From Lama glama (Eukaryota), in NCBI GenBank assembly GCA_028534125.1, contig CM052817.1, positions 62,250,001 through 62,314,000 of the forward strand: 64,000 nucleotides of DNA, written 5' to 3'. The notes under the pieces are model-generated. The model saw only the letters and a list, made by a program, of their open reading frames with translations. It searched no databases and was not told the origin of the DNA. The first letter of the stretch is position 1; every line of letters starts with the position of its first letter. A program made the translations under genes and the position numbers. Of this stretch, positions 38,146 through 52,105 are shown one piece after another.

Positions 38146-39069
38146 TCAAAGTGATTTCTGCATTTGTGTGGCAGGCTGCTGTAACTGCTGTAAGAGGGAG
38201 AAAACAATAAAAGGCCCAATAAAAATTAGAAGGAAAAATAATAGTATATGTAATTTAGAATATTACCAGAGATAGATAGTATAGCTTCTTACTGACTAGA
38301 GTTCTTCAAATACCTCATTTTATTTTAAATTTATCTGCCAAACTAGATCACAGTTTTTGTTTTGTTTTATTTTCATGTTAAGAATTGAAGAGATAAGACA
38401 CTTTATGGAATGGTGGGAAGATTGTGAATCAGGAAATACAGATTTAAGTCTCCATTTATGTAAATTATTTGCTCAGATATTCCTGCAACTTCTTTGCACT
38501 TTAATTTCTTTGTTATGAAAAACAGGAATAATATGAACTCATAAAGAGCCCTGAAGATGAAATGTGGTTGAAAGTACTTTCTAATGTGTCTGTACTTAGG
38601 GCATTATTATGTTAAGAATGTTCTGTGCTGTCCACAGGACTTAATTTGCATAATCATCTAAAGAATAGTATTAGTGATGTGGCTCTCCATATGTGAATTA
38701 TACCACCTTAGTTTAAACTTGGAGCTTTCTCAGTATCTTCTTCACTTTTACCCACATCACCTATTCCATGACTAAATCCATCCAGTGTTGCTACTGAAAG
38801 GTCCTGGAGACCTATCCCCTCAGCCATGCAATATATTGGCACGTTCCCCTGGTCTCTCGCAGTTACTTCCTTCATAGCCAGTCTGCCCTCACATTCCAAT
38901 CCATGCTCTTCACACACCCCAGAATCACCTTATAATATGTAAATCCGGTCATTTTACTGTCCTAAAAGACTGTCCATTGATTCCTCATCGTCTTAGGCCT
39001 CCTTTCCCAAAGTCCCTGTCCTTAAAAAAGGAGTTCTGGAATAAACATAATATGCTAGATTGCATTATT

Positions 39070-39521
39070 CCAGATTTTTTTACTCCTCTGCTAATAGATG
39101 TAACTTTTGCCCTTGAAGTCCGACCCACCACAGTGGGATGGAGTTCTCTGCTGTATTGATGGTGGCTTAGTAATGAGATTGGCCTTTACCAATGAATGTG
39201 GGCAGATGCTACAGAGTGCCAGTTTCTTCCATTGCATACTTCTACTCATTTCGATGTACTCCTGCCAGTAGGCATGAGAAGAACATTCCCTTAGGTAGCC
39301 ACCACTCAAAGTGGATGAGAGACCCACAAAGAGGTGTGCATCCTGGAGCCTGGTATCTGCTGTCTGGAGCCCAGAGCCTGAGTCTAGCCCAGTTTAACGA
39401 AGTTGAAGCATACTCAACAGCCCAGGAGCAAGGGATTTTTAAAAAGCTTTGTTGAGTTCAGCTACCAAGTTCTGGGGTGATACTTTATGCAGCATTATCA
39501 CAGCAAGAAATGCTTGATATG
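39070..39521 (+). mobile_element. Old MLT1 (I/J-like) MaLR LTR
   Basis: CCAATGAATGTGGGCAGA...GTGCCAGTTTC, and 3' end TTCTGGGGTGATACTTTATGCAGCATTATCACAGCAA. Confidence 0.6.
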
Positions 39522-39969
39522 CATAGTATGAGAAATTATGTCCTCAGATCAAGTTAAAGGTAAATCAGATGGTAATCTCCCCCATGGTGCTAATAAGCTA
39601 GTAGAAAATAAGATAGAGTAGAGAACTAAAGAGGGTGACTCTGAGAAGTGAAGTGCAGTGGGAGAGGTACGGAAACATGGCTTTGGGAGGTGAGAGGGAC
39701 GAGCACTTACTTCAAAATGAAATGAATTTAATAATAGAGTCTTAAATGAGAGCACATTAGGCCTGGGCCTTGAAAGATAAATAGAATTTATGTTTGTGGC
39801 ATTTCAGGCAGAAGAAACAAGTGAGGCAAAGGAGGAAAAAAGAGCATAGATGTCAAATACTAAGTGGCTTTGCTTGAAGTCCAGAAAGCATTATGTGTAA
39901 TACAATTACTAATTATAATTTTAAAAATTCTTACAGTTAATATTTTTGAACACTCATTAGTCTGACATC

Positions 39970-39993
39970 ATATATATATATATATATATATAT
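39970..39993. repeat. (TA)n microsatellite
   Basis: About 11-12 TA units. Confidence 0.9.
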
Positions 39994-41454
39994 TCATTTG
40001 ATACACACAGTACTCTATTTGAAGTAGGTATTACTAATATCCTTATTTTAAGCATGAGTATGGAAGTCAAGACTTAGTGGAATTAAACAACCAGCCCAGC
40101 TAAATTAGTGTCACATTGAGATTTGAAACTAAGTTTATCTAGATGCAGGCAAATACACTAAGGTAAATTTGGACAGGAACGTAGGACTAATTTTTGAAAG
40201 GCTTTTTGTAGTTTGCTAAGTGGTCTATCCTGTGATATTCATATTCTAGAAAGCTACCAAAGGGCTTTGGGCAATGAAATGCTATTCTGACCATCCTTGC
40301 TTGTATCAATGTGCAGAATGAATTAAAGCGGGAAGAAAAGTCACGGAGTATTTTCTCATTATTAAGATGAAAAGCAGTGAGAGCCTGAACACAAGTAGCA
40401 GACAGAAAACAAGTGAAGAGGGTATTTAGTTGGGATGGTGGGTTACTAATTCCAGAACACAAGATGACAAATTTATATCATTAAATATTCATGACCTAGT
40501 TAAGAACTAACTATGTAATCCTGAAAAGCTACTTGCAACAGTAAACTATCTTCAACTTAATTAAAAGCCTTAAAGAATTAGAAATAAGATTTAAAGGGTG
40601 AGAGGGACACATTAATTTCTTAGGACTACTTGTGTTCATCGGGGCTAGAAATGGTTAGTTCAAGCAATATTGTAATGATTCACTAGCATGTTGGTTATAT
40701 AATGAGATTTTTTTTAATAGTCCCTAATACTGTGCGTGGTACAGAAAAGATAATCAATAGACATTTAAAGAATAAATGAATAATAAGAAAATTTTATAAT
40801 ATATAACCTAAACCATTTATTACATATGAAACATATTTTACTTTCAATTTTTTCCTGAATTTATTTATGAGTTCATTGTTAGAAATGTGTTGTGCTTTAT
40901 TTTACAGAAACATAAATTATGGTCTAGAATTCATCCCACAAGATCATGTTAATCACATATAATTATATGGAAAACAATGATATTACAGAATATGTAATTC
41001 TATCAAAAAATCAAAAATATCATTTATAATTAAATCAGATAAGAAGCAGAACATCTGATCTTTGTTCTTATGGTATAAATAAAGAAGAACAATGAAATAT
41101 TATTGAGATTCCTAAGTTCATGATATTTCCAGCAACTCTCAACAGTGAAGCTATTATTTCTACTTCATGTTTAATTTCAATTGGAAATAGAATTTTATTT
41201 TCTTTTTAAATAAAGAATTTTATTTTCTGTAGATGTTGCACTAGTATATGGTTATTTTTTGTTTATTTTTTGGTTAACAGATAAAATTACAAGGAAAAAA
41301 GAAAGTAAAATTGAGGAACACAAATGAAAAATTCAAGGAAAGAAAGAAGGAGTTAAATAATTCAAGTGAGAATTTTCTAGAGGTATTTTAAACAAAACTG
41401 TGTGAAAGAGAAGTTAAAAAGAATGAGATAAATGGCTCACATGATTACCTACAT

Positions 41455-41473
41455 GGTCCACCAGATGGCCCCA
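41455..41473 (+). promoter_or_regulatory. Candidate CTCF site
   Basis: GGTCCACCAGATGGCCCCA fits the core CCASYAGRKGGC. Confidence 0.45.
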
Positions 41474-43419
41474 CTGGCCAAGAACAGCCTGGTATTGCAG
41501 AGTAGGTGTCAGTGGGCAATCTAGCATTAAGAGTTATGAGAGTATTAAGCATTAAGATCTATGAGAGTATTACAAATGAGGCACTCTTAAGAATAAAGGC
41601 TTTAAGATTATTTGCTTGCTTATTTACATGTGTTGCTTCTCTACACTTTGAGCTTCTCAAGAATTTTCCCCTACCTTAGTAATTGAATCAGCAACATCAC
41701 CTACCCAGTATCTGTTAGAAGACCCTAAGAGTGATTACATAATTAAAAATAAGTCTAAAAATTAGTAAATGATATAGTAATTTTTGTGCATTTTCACTTA
41801 ATCAATGTTATTTTTTGTTGTTGTTTGCTATTTTATTTCTTTTTAGGACTGTAAAGATCTTTTGATGATTATTATTCTCCAAGTTAAATTTCACCTTACA
41901 TTTTTGACACTAGTGAGATCAAAGGGAACCTCATTCTTCATAGAATCTTTTTTTCCTGTGGACATGTTGCTTTTTAAATTTACAAGGAAATCACTTACAG
42001 GCAATATTTTACTTTTCATTTTATTGACCACTCCAACCAAAGGCTATAAACTGTGCTGGTTAGAGATTAGGAGGAGTCTATTGGTCCATTTTGTGATTGT
42101 GGGAGACAGGGCCAAACAGCTTGAAGAAAATCTATTTGAATGTATGATAAGGCTAAAATTTGTCAAGAAAATTGAAGATAAGTTATTTGAGGATAGGTGT
42201 CAGCATCTGGAGACTGATGTTGGAACCATACCTCTGCCTCTGTTCCCTTGCCATGGCCAACTTTCATTCTCCCAACAATCAAGACTTCTGTCTGGTCACA
42301 GGCTAATATCTGGCACATTGACAGCTTCAAGTCTCTGCAATTTTTCACAACCTTTACTCTGCCTCAAATTTCCTTCCTCACAAATAGATTAACCATTCTT
42401 CAAAGTCTATTTCAAATGCTAACCCAGGTATGAAGATTCCCCTGCCTGCTACAGCTGGAAGTGCTGTACAGCCCTTCTCTGATGTCCACATGCAATTGTA
42501 CCACCTTCTGCCACTATCTCTGTAAATGTATAGTTCCCTTATACTAGTTTATATGGCCTGTATGATTTGAATTTCGGTCTCAGACACCTTGGACTCTTTT
42601 AAGAACAGCTAACTTGTTGGTTGGCATATGGTAAATGGATAATAGTTTTTTAATGTGTAGATAGGCTCTTCTCTTTTGCCTTTTCATGAACACAATAGTC
42701 CTACCTGTCCTTGACCAGGCACTCATCGACCTGAGGAAGAAGGGAAAGGTGTAGGAAATGAGTATACTTGCAGTTAGTGCAGAAATGCATATGGGAAATA
42801 ATTCATGTTTAGTTTCTGAACGCCAACATAAAATTTCTATGTCTGTAGCCAAACAATGGGTTTTTACTTTAGCTTCTATAGCATAGAGAAGACACTGCTT
42901 CTAAATAAGACCAAGACTACTGAACTTGCTGATTTAGAGGCTATAATATGGGGAAGTAAAAAACCCAGAAGTCCAAATTTCACCATGTCTACCTCCAGGT
43001 ATTATGGCAGAAACAGAAAGAGAAAGGAAGAGCCAGCACATCAGGTCATTTTCCTACCACTCTCCATGAGGTCTACATATGAGGAAGAGGAGTGTGGAAA
43101 CCCTGAGGATTAAGAGGAGGAAACAGCAAGACCACCTTACATCAACATGACGCACCTCAGTAGATAAATGTTACAAAACAGAAACTACTTTGTATTTTGA
43201 AGACAATTTCGTGTCAGAGAGGCATCTAGAATACCCTTAATGAGAAAAGACACACAGGGTAGCACTGATTTGAAAACCATGGTAACTTCCACAGTACTCA
43301 CTCTGGGAGGCCAGGGCCATGAGCGGGAATCATTGCGTTCTGCAGGGCTAGCAAGACATCTGAGGATGAGCCACAGAGCACCAAAGCACCTTGATAGGCA
43401 TCAGGTGTTTCAGAACACA

Positions 43420-43660
43420 GGCTCTGCAGTGGAATTGCCTGGGCTCTAATCCCTGCTCTGCCCCTTACTAACTGTGTGACCTTGGAAAAAATCCATTGTT
43501 TTTCATCAGTACTCTTGTCTGTAAACTGGGATACTAACAGTATCTCCTCTATAGTGCTGTTGTAAGAATTGGACACATTAATTCACATAAAGACTACTAA
43601 CCATGCGTGGGATTGAATAAACTTTAATAAATGTTAACTGTTTTAAAATATTATTATCAT
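43420..43660 (+). mobile_element. MIR SINE, near full length
   Basis: CCTGGGCTCTAATCCCTGCTCTGCCCCTTACTAACTGTGTGACCTTGG...TCTGTAAACTGGGATACTAACAGTATCT...AATAAATGTTA. Confidence 0.8.
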
Positions 43661-44584
43661 ATTTCAGTAAATAAGTATCAATCTGTCAAAGAGGTTTCAC
43701 AAATCTTTTAGTCATTTCACTGATACAAAAACTTGCAACATCAAATATATTTGTAACATTTTGAATATTCTAATTCCATAAAAACTTCAATGTGCTACAT
43801 CCATTCACATGAATATTTTTACTTTCAAAAATGAAAATTATAATTTATGAATATTTGGTTTAAAAAACTCAACATATTCCATATTCCAAACATTTGGCAA
43901 AGCCATGCTAGAATAAAATGACTCAATTATGTGATTACAACATAAAAATGTGAGCAGCGTATGTGTTTATGTTGGTACCTTATGTTCACAAAGTCAAGAT
44001 AACGCTTGCAGCAAAGAAGGCCTCAAAGGTCAGTTCCGTGGAGAATAGAACAATATCTACCAATCCTCACAATGTTTTTTAAACGGAAAAAAAAATGCAC
44101 TCCAGGGAATGTGATACAGTTGTCACAGGAATTTAAGCTATGGGAAACGTGCATGTAATAAAAAATGACGTTTAGCGCTGCTTATGATATAAAGTTGATG
44201 TTACTCACCATGCTTTTCTAATAGTAGTTGTTTGAGCTGAGTCTGTCACCTTCTTTAATTCTAAAAATGCCCTCATTTATGAAAATCTCACAGAATGGAG
44301 CCTGAATTAAGGGAACACTCCTAGAATGAAGCTTACTGACCTATATGAGTATTTAAAGTAGCAATTTTCATTTCATTACTACAAGGGGCTCACCAACTGA
44401 ATATATCACTCAGAAAATATAGACAGATCCATTTTTTAACATGTCAGCATTCAACTGAAAGATTATGTCATTGATGTATGTATCAGCCCCCTTCCCCTCC
44501 AAACATGTTAGAGGCTCATGTGCAGAAACCTGCCCTTTTGGAGATAAAAATGCCTATTTGTAAGTGAACAGATGGTGTTGCTCA

Positions 44585-44715
44585 AGTTCAGAGACACATC
44601 TTAGGCAGAATCTCAGGGGGAGGAGGGACTGCGGGAGAAGGAGGGCTGATGTAGTTTGAAAAGGCTTCCTGGGTGATTCTGATAGCCTCCCACCTCGCCC
44701 CCACTGTGCAGCAGT
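44585..44715. mobile_element. Possible MER5-type hAT fragment
   Basis: CAGAATCTC...TTTGAAAAGGCTTCCTGGGTGATTCTGAT resembles the MER5 motif; termini not clear. Confidence 0.4.
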
Positions 44716-46239
44716 GATTTAAAGCTTAAAGACATAAATGTCATGTAGACACTGATTCGAGTTGCAGAGTAAAAAATGAACTCTTTTGCTGGTAGAAACT
44801 TGTCTGATTTCTTTGCATTTTACGTCCTAATTTTCAAAGCCTGTACCTCCCAACAATATCTTAAAATTGACTCCTTTTAAAAACATCTGATTAGTTCAGA
44901 TACTATCTTAATCCGTTTGTACGATGGTTTTAAATGGCAGGTCATTCAAAGATAATTTTTATTTTGGGTAGGTTTCCATATGTGTAGGTGACAATAAAAA
45001 TGGATCACACATTTATGGCATTAAAATGTGAACAGCCACATTCACAAGTATTACTGGTGGAGCCACAGAAGTAAGATTTAAGACTCAGAATGATTAAAAC
45101 AATTCCCTTTTTGGTAAGATTACCAAAATTGCCTTTGAAAAATACTTTAAAGCAATCATGAAGAATGGTATATGTTTTGTATATAAAAATTTGCCCAGTA
45201 ATTCTTATGCTTGTTAAAATCTAAGGTCTTGTTAAACTAAAGGAAAAGAAGAAAAAGTCTCTATGCAGATGTCTGAGCATTTAAACAATTATGACCTTCA
45301 GGTGATTATAGAACCATCCCAAAGGAGTGAGGGGTGCCAGGGAGAAGTGCCAGAAAGTTACCCTGGTTTCCATCAGAGGGTGAATAACTTTTGCTACCTA
45401 CAAAAACAGACGGAGTTGCTCATGTTCCCCTGGAGACACCAAAGTTTCCCATTCTTGAGATGGTAGGAGGATAACTCCATTTCTTTTGTTTAGATAGTGT
45501 TGTAACTAGATGGATGTGGAATACCTCAGGAGAAGAAATTGTCAGGATTGGATGAATAGGCTACAGGAAAGACTGTGTTTGAAGTCTGGTAAGGCGGTGC
45601 ATGCAGGAGCCCTTCTAGCTCAGTTTTGAGTTCACCTGTTTCCTGGAGAAAACTGCTTATGTAAAGAGAAAAAAGGACTAAAGCCAATGAAAACTATGCC
45701 AGAATCCATGACAGTGCTGGGGCATAGAAAATCCAGCTTATCACTGAGGGTCTGTCCTCCAGGCCACATGCCACATGCCACTTGCTAACAATGGTCTCTG
45801 TATTTTGTGTTTGTCTTCTGAAGCAACTTGCTCTGATTTTCAATGTTAGTAATTGGTGTGTGTGGAGGCGGGGGAGGGGGGTCGGTAGGAGGAGTGTGTG
45901 TGAATTATGTATAGAGGGTCCACCAACTAGCTCTTTCTCCTGGGATTCAGACCAAATACTTTTCTGTCACCAATTTCCCAGTATTTACAGGTATTGCTTC
46001 AATAGATCTCTCTCTCACACAGGCATATACGTTCACAATGTTATCTCTCTTGCAACCTAGGACTCCCAATTCCCTTCTAACATTTTTAATATCTTGTCCT
46101 GAGTCCTTCTACCACCCATTTCCCTACTACTTTAGTCTTTCTCTTTCTACATTTCCCCTTTTTCTCTCCACTGTCTTCTATAAAGAGCCAAAGCATGACT
46201 TATTTTTCTATCATGAATAGAATTCGACCTTAGGGAACA

Positions 46240-46350
46240 TAATTTTATAAATAAGGAAACTGAGCTTCAGAATGTCAAAGTGACTTGTCCAAATCAAGAA
46301 ATTTTAATGATAGAATCAAGATCCATAACCATGGTCTTCTGTTTTCTGGT
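46240..46350 (-). mobile_element. MIR SINE fragment
   Basis: ATTTTATAAATAAGGAAACTGAGCTTCAGA...AAGTGACTTGTCCAA. Confidence 0.65.
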
Positions 46351-48799
46351 CATATTGGAAAGATTCTGGAATAGGATATATCTGGTATCAGTTCCACTTT
46401 TGGTATTAGCTTTTGATATGATTTTGAACCCAATAAACTTCTTTAAAAATAGGGAATGATAAAACCTGAATAAATAGAGTTGTTATCAAGCATCACCATG
46501 TGAATAGATATCAAATGACCTTAATATGACACAGGGAAATACTAAGTGCACAATAAATATGATTTTCCTACCAACTTCAAATGCTTTCTTTTATGTCACA
46601 TCACCCTGCAATCTCCCTTTTGGTTCACCCTTTTCTCTTCTGAAAAACTGCTCTTTATTTCTTATTATTTTACTGTGTTTTCTCTCATTTAGTGTCCACA
46701 CTCAGATGTCAGAGGCTGGAGAAATCTTTTCCAAATCTGTTAGTGACGCCTTGAGTGATAGAGCCATTCTCTGTCTGCAGGCTGTCTGAAGTTCAGTAGA
46801 TGGAAAATCATACAATGACAGGCCTTGCAAAGCATTCTTCACATCTGCATGCTGAACTGGCCCACAGCTGCAGTGGCTCCCCTCCTGCAAGTGTTTGGAG
46901 CCTCTCAACTCTCTACAGGACTTGACATTTGCCTATAGCACCAACACAGCAGGGCTGCCTTTCTCTGGCCATTGACAGAAAACACAGAGCTTAGCTGGTA
47001 TTCAGTAAACATTTATGAAATGCAAAAAGAAATAAATGAGTGAATACATATAAAGGCCTTGCTTCCTTCACTAAGTAGGGTGGAGAGGAAGAGTTTTTAT
47101 GCAGGAATCAGTGTCTTACATCTGGTGATTTACTTGTGGACCCGTCTGTATAGGACTTTGACGAAACAACAGGCTCTCTTAACATCTCACAACCAGCTGC
47201 CTCTCCAGCCCTTCCTGATTCTGTTTACCTCAGAAGAGCCAAGATACCAAGGTTTAATCAGTCCTCTATAGGACACCATCAAATTCAAAGGATAGGGTTT
47301 CAAGGGCAAAGGGTAGGGTGACATTTTGGGGGACATTTCTGAAAACCTGCTCCTGAATCTTCCACTCTCTACTCCCAGATCTCATATATGGGTAGAGACC
47401 ATTTCATTATGGAGGTTTTTGTTTTCTTTTTCTCATGCTGCCAGCTATGCCCTCTCACACTTTGACCTTAGCATGGACAGCAGCCTATTTCCCTCAAAAC
47501 ATCTGAGACAACATGACATTTTCAAAAGTATCTTTGCTACATTACAAGAAAGCACAAATTACAGTAAGTACAAGTAGTAGTATAGTAAGTACAAGTAAAT
47601 AGTCATGTTTCAGAATGGTAGGTGTCTATCCCTTCTGGATGGTGCTGCTTCACCTTTGTAAGCATCTCGTTTAACTTCATGCCCTCCTGGGTCTTTGACA
47701 GATTCACTGGATGGCATCTTTTCTCCTAGTATGCATGCGGACACCTGGACACCTCTTTTTCATCAAGGTCAAAGGTAGAAGGCATCACCCCCATTTCTTT
47801 ATAACCTCTAAACTTGTACAAACCTCCAGTCCCAAAATTATGCCTTCTATAGTCTGTGGCTAGGCTATGGAGTTTGAGGCAATATGTGATCTTATTCTCT
47901 TTTTTCAGATTATTTGTTTATCCCTGCCCTGTATAGTTTCCTGATTTACTTCCTAAGACACCTTTTTACTTCACATGGGCCGAAGACAATTCAGTGTCCA
48001 CTTGTTATGGAGTTTCCCTTTACTATTCATCTGCCAAGTGAGTTTACTTGTTGTCTCTAAAATAATCACTGACCCCTCCTCCTCCTTTTCCTCCTCCTCC
48101 TCGAGAGAAACACTCCCTTCCCTGGGTGTATTATTTGTTTGCATATCTGTGCCTACTTCTTTAGTGTGAAGACATTGAGGATGGCTTTCACGGTTTTGAG
48201 CTTTGTATCCCCAGATGCTAGCACAGTCCCTGCCAGAGTGGAGTCTCTAAAAATACCACAACACTTGATTTAATCACTTCGAAATATGCCAATCTTGACA
48301 TCATCCATCTGAGACCCACACACTTAGTAACAGAAGGATCATGTGATCCAACTCACCCTGTTTATTTGTATAGGTCCACTTTTTCAGATCAGATCTGGAT
48401 TTGGTGTTAACTGTGGTCTTTCAACTCTCCTGCATCTTCCCTGTAAAAACTATAGTTCTGGTGTGGGACCCCTTTCTCACCCATGGAGATTTTCCATATG
48501 GGGTATACTAGTCAATGCTAGCTGGATTGTTGGTTCTGACTTTTGCCAGTCTTCCCATTTCTACAATCTCCTAAGATAAAGCTCAAGATATAAGACTGCT
48601 GTATTTCTCCATATAACTGAGGAATAAAATAGAAATGAGGATCTGGTGGAAGAAAAGGGACAGAAGGAAACAGGAAGAAATAGTTTGCCTCCTCTTTAAA
48701 AAGGACAGGGCAGGACAAATGGCAAAATCAGACTGAGTCATTTAAAAGGATAACAATCTTTTAGATCAAAGATGTTTCAGACTTGGCAGGGACCTTTCA

Positions 48800-49070
48800 T
48801 TTCAATACTACAACTTCTGCCACCAAGTGTCTCAGAGGTCTTCCATAATCAGCCACCTAAAGAGGGCGCCCACCTCCATCTCCTTCTTCATCACAGTTTC
48901 CTGTTTGTTTCTTTTATTACACTTGCCATCACCAGACATCTCTGTTTTCTCCAACTAAATGAAAGTGTCATGAAGTCATGGACCTTTTTCTTTTATTCCC
49001 CACAGATTACATAGTGCTTCTCACAGTGCCTGATACATAATGGGCACCTAGTAACTGCTTGAATGACTAA
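48800..49070 (+). mobile_element. L2 3' end
   Basis: CTCAGAGGTCTTCC...ACAGTGCCTGATACATAATGGGCAC...TTGAATGA. Confidence 0.6.
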
Positions 49071-50705
49071 ATGGAAAAGTGTCATTTTTTTAAGGAATCT
49101 GGAATTTTAAATTCCCAATTTACTCTTAGTCACTCTTTCTTGAATTATTAAATATTTATAATTATTAAATATTGGGACATTGAAAATGATTTGATATTAT
49201 CATTCATTGCAAACAATTATTAAAGTTAAATACTAGCTTCATTTTGTGAATACTATTGAAGAAAGATCTCATCCAGAGAACATTTTAGGATGGAGTTTTG
49301 ATAACATATCATACAAAATAATAGGAGAAAAAATTCTACTGCAATTGTTATGATAAAGGCCCTATTAGAGTGTGAGAACTACCCTCACAGAAATTCTGTA
49401 CTCAGGCAAGAATGACCTCACTGAAATACATTGTGCAAAATACATACCAGTGGCTTAAATACTGTATGAATGGGATGTTACAGTCCACACATTAATCATC
49501 CATGCTTGAACGTAGGCTTAAGTAGATAATGCCCAATATTTAAAATGCCATATTCAGATATATTTATGTTCAAATTGATTAAAACAAGTGTTCTAATATT
49601 ATAATTAGTATAGAGATGCAGCACATTCTAATTCAGGTAATAAAATTAGTATTTTGCTTATTTTCTGTCAAAAAGACATTTTAAAAGTGAAGAGAGAAGA
49701 AAACTTATTTATTTTAAAAGAAATTAAAACCAAGATAGATGATAAATCATCTAGATATCAGCAGTGTCTATGTAAAGACAAATTAAATTCTAGGGCAGAG
49801 AAGAACGCGTGTATACACATACACACATATATATAGATATAAACTCTTGTGATACATAAACTCTTCTGATAGCTAGTGAATCAGTGTAAGTGGCAGAGAT
49901 GACATAAGGCTGGAAAACTGGTGTATGTTATAGAAGCATTTTCCTATTTCATTTTGGTAAGCTTATTATCATCAATGGAAGAATCCTAGGTCCAATGAGT
50001 TGTGAGGTTTTGTACAAATTTAAGTTCACCGGTAGTCAGCATGAGTCTTTAAGAAAACTTTATATTTAAGTAACACCATTTTCTTTTAGGATAGCTGTCT
50101 AGATTAGCTTAAAGGTATAGGGCCAGTTTTTTCTCATATATGTTTGGGCAAGATGATAAAATGTGACTTATTCAGAAACTAAAGGGAGCAATTATGATCA
50201 GTGTTATCATTAAAACAAAGTTAATCCAGCCAATGTTGTTGATCTCCAGGAACTACAGAACTGGATCCTTCTGGTACTGAGTGGTGAGTGTCTGTGTTTG
50301 GGGATCAGAGGGGTGAGATTCCTCTTAAAAGTACAGACTACTTCTCCAGAACGTCAGTTCTGGTTAAAATCATTTGAGGCAGGGAGTCCTCAACATACTA
50401 CTGTTGTGCTCAGTCCCACTGCTGTCCAGAACAATTAAAAGGAATTGGAAATTCAGCACAGTTGGGTGGGAAGTTTGGGTACCACTGAGTGGAATAAAAT
50501 CCCTTTGTCCATACTCCTGCCTATTCTCCAACCTGAGAGTGTTTTAGACATTGAAACTTGAACTGAAGTAATGTGGGCATGGAAGACTAGTGATAGCTAT
50601 CAATACCTCTCAAGTTTGTCTTAAAATGAGTTGTTTTGTTAGTGGAATAATGGGCTAAATCAGAGGTCTTCAAACTTCCATAAGTACCAGAAAACAAAAC
50701 AAGAC

Positions 50706-50735
50706 AACAAACAAACAAACAAACAAACAAACAAA
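50706..50735 (+). repeat. (AAAC)n microsatellite
   Basis: Tandem AAAC units. Confidence 0.9.
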
Positions 50736-52105
50736 AACAGCTTGAGTAAGCATACTTGTATCTAACCTGGATTCCTTTCCCACTTTCCCCTTCACAATTG
50801 GCCTTTCTTACTTCACAAAAGAAAATCATACTCCTCTTCATCCCGTGTTGCAGCCACTATTGAATTGTCGTAGTGCAGAAGCCCCACTCTCAGCTCTAAA
50901 TAAAATGACTATTACCAATTTTCATGTTTGTACTAATGAAGTAAATGAACCTAATAACAGCATCAAACCCATTTGCAAATCACACAGTTTCTAATTCTTT
51001 GCTTTCAACACAATTGAAAAAGTGCCTAATTGATTGCTGTTTGACGACAGATCAAACAGACTAGAATTAATAGTGAACTCTATATTATTTTAGCAATAAA
51101 TTATGTTCATTTCTGGATACACAAATTAATTGGGAAATAAAACTGCATTCACCTCATTAGAAGATGCATCTTTAATAAAATTTTGCTCTTTAGGTATAAT
51201 AATTATTACAAAACATGTAATATATTTATGTTGTATTAATCAAGTTTATATTACAGATAATTCTAACTCAATCCAAAAGAAAATTTTAACAGTTGAGAGC
51301 CTTGTAGTCAAAGGAAAATTAAAAATTAAATTAAATTTCAATTTACATAAATATTTTATGTACAAAATTATGATAGGGGTATCAATAAATGACTAAAACT
51401 TAATAATTTATTACATACTAATAGAATTGTCTGGATAAGTAGAATGGATATGGAGTTCAAGATAAAATTCATGATGTTAAATTTCTGACTGTTAAACAGT
51501 TTTTCATTTTTTTTTTGGCATGAATGATAGCAAGTATAAGTTTGCTATGATATTTAGATTCTACTTGTCACATTTTTAAATGATACAGGGCTTTTAAAAA
51601 GGTCAATAATTATAACATGTTAGAAAATATAAATTGAATTACTTAAGGTTTTATAAACAAATTATGCATTGATTAAAAATTGTGTGAAGAAATTGTATAG
51701 TCTTTTAGAATTCATAGTACCTAAGTATTGAAGCAAAAATTCAAATACCATTGGACTAGCTCTGATGTATTTATAGGATGCTTCTCATCCACAATAAAAG
51801 GAATTTTATTCAACTAATAGAAATTACACCCCAAAATGAAGACTAATATAAATGAATAAAACTTCAAGTGACCATCTGGTTCAGCTTTTAGGTAACTCTC
51901 CAGATGGTATTTTTTTTTAATTTTATGAGCTGAGACTTATTTATTGTACAAATTAACAATTGTTCTACTAAAGAGACTTGTTATGTGAAAAGAATCTACT
52001 GTGAATATAACTCTGAATTTAATTACATCCAGTATTTATCTACTGAAAAGTGAATAACTGCTCAGCCTATACAACAATGTATAGAAAAACGAATAAATGT
52101 AATTA

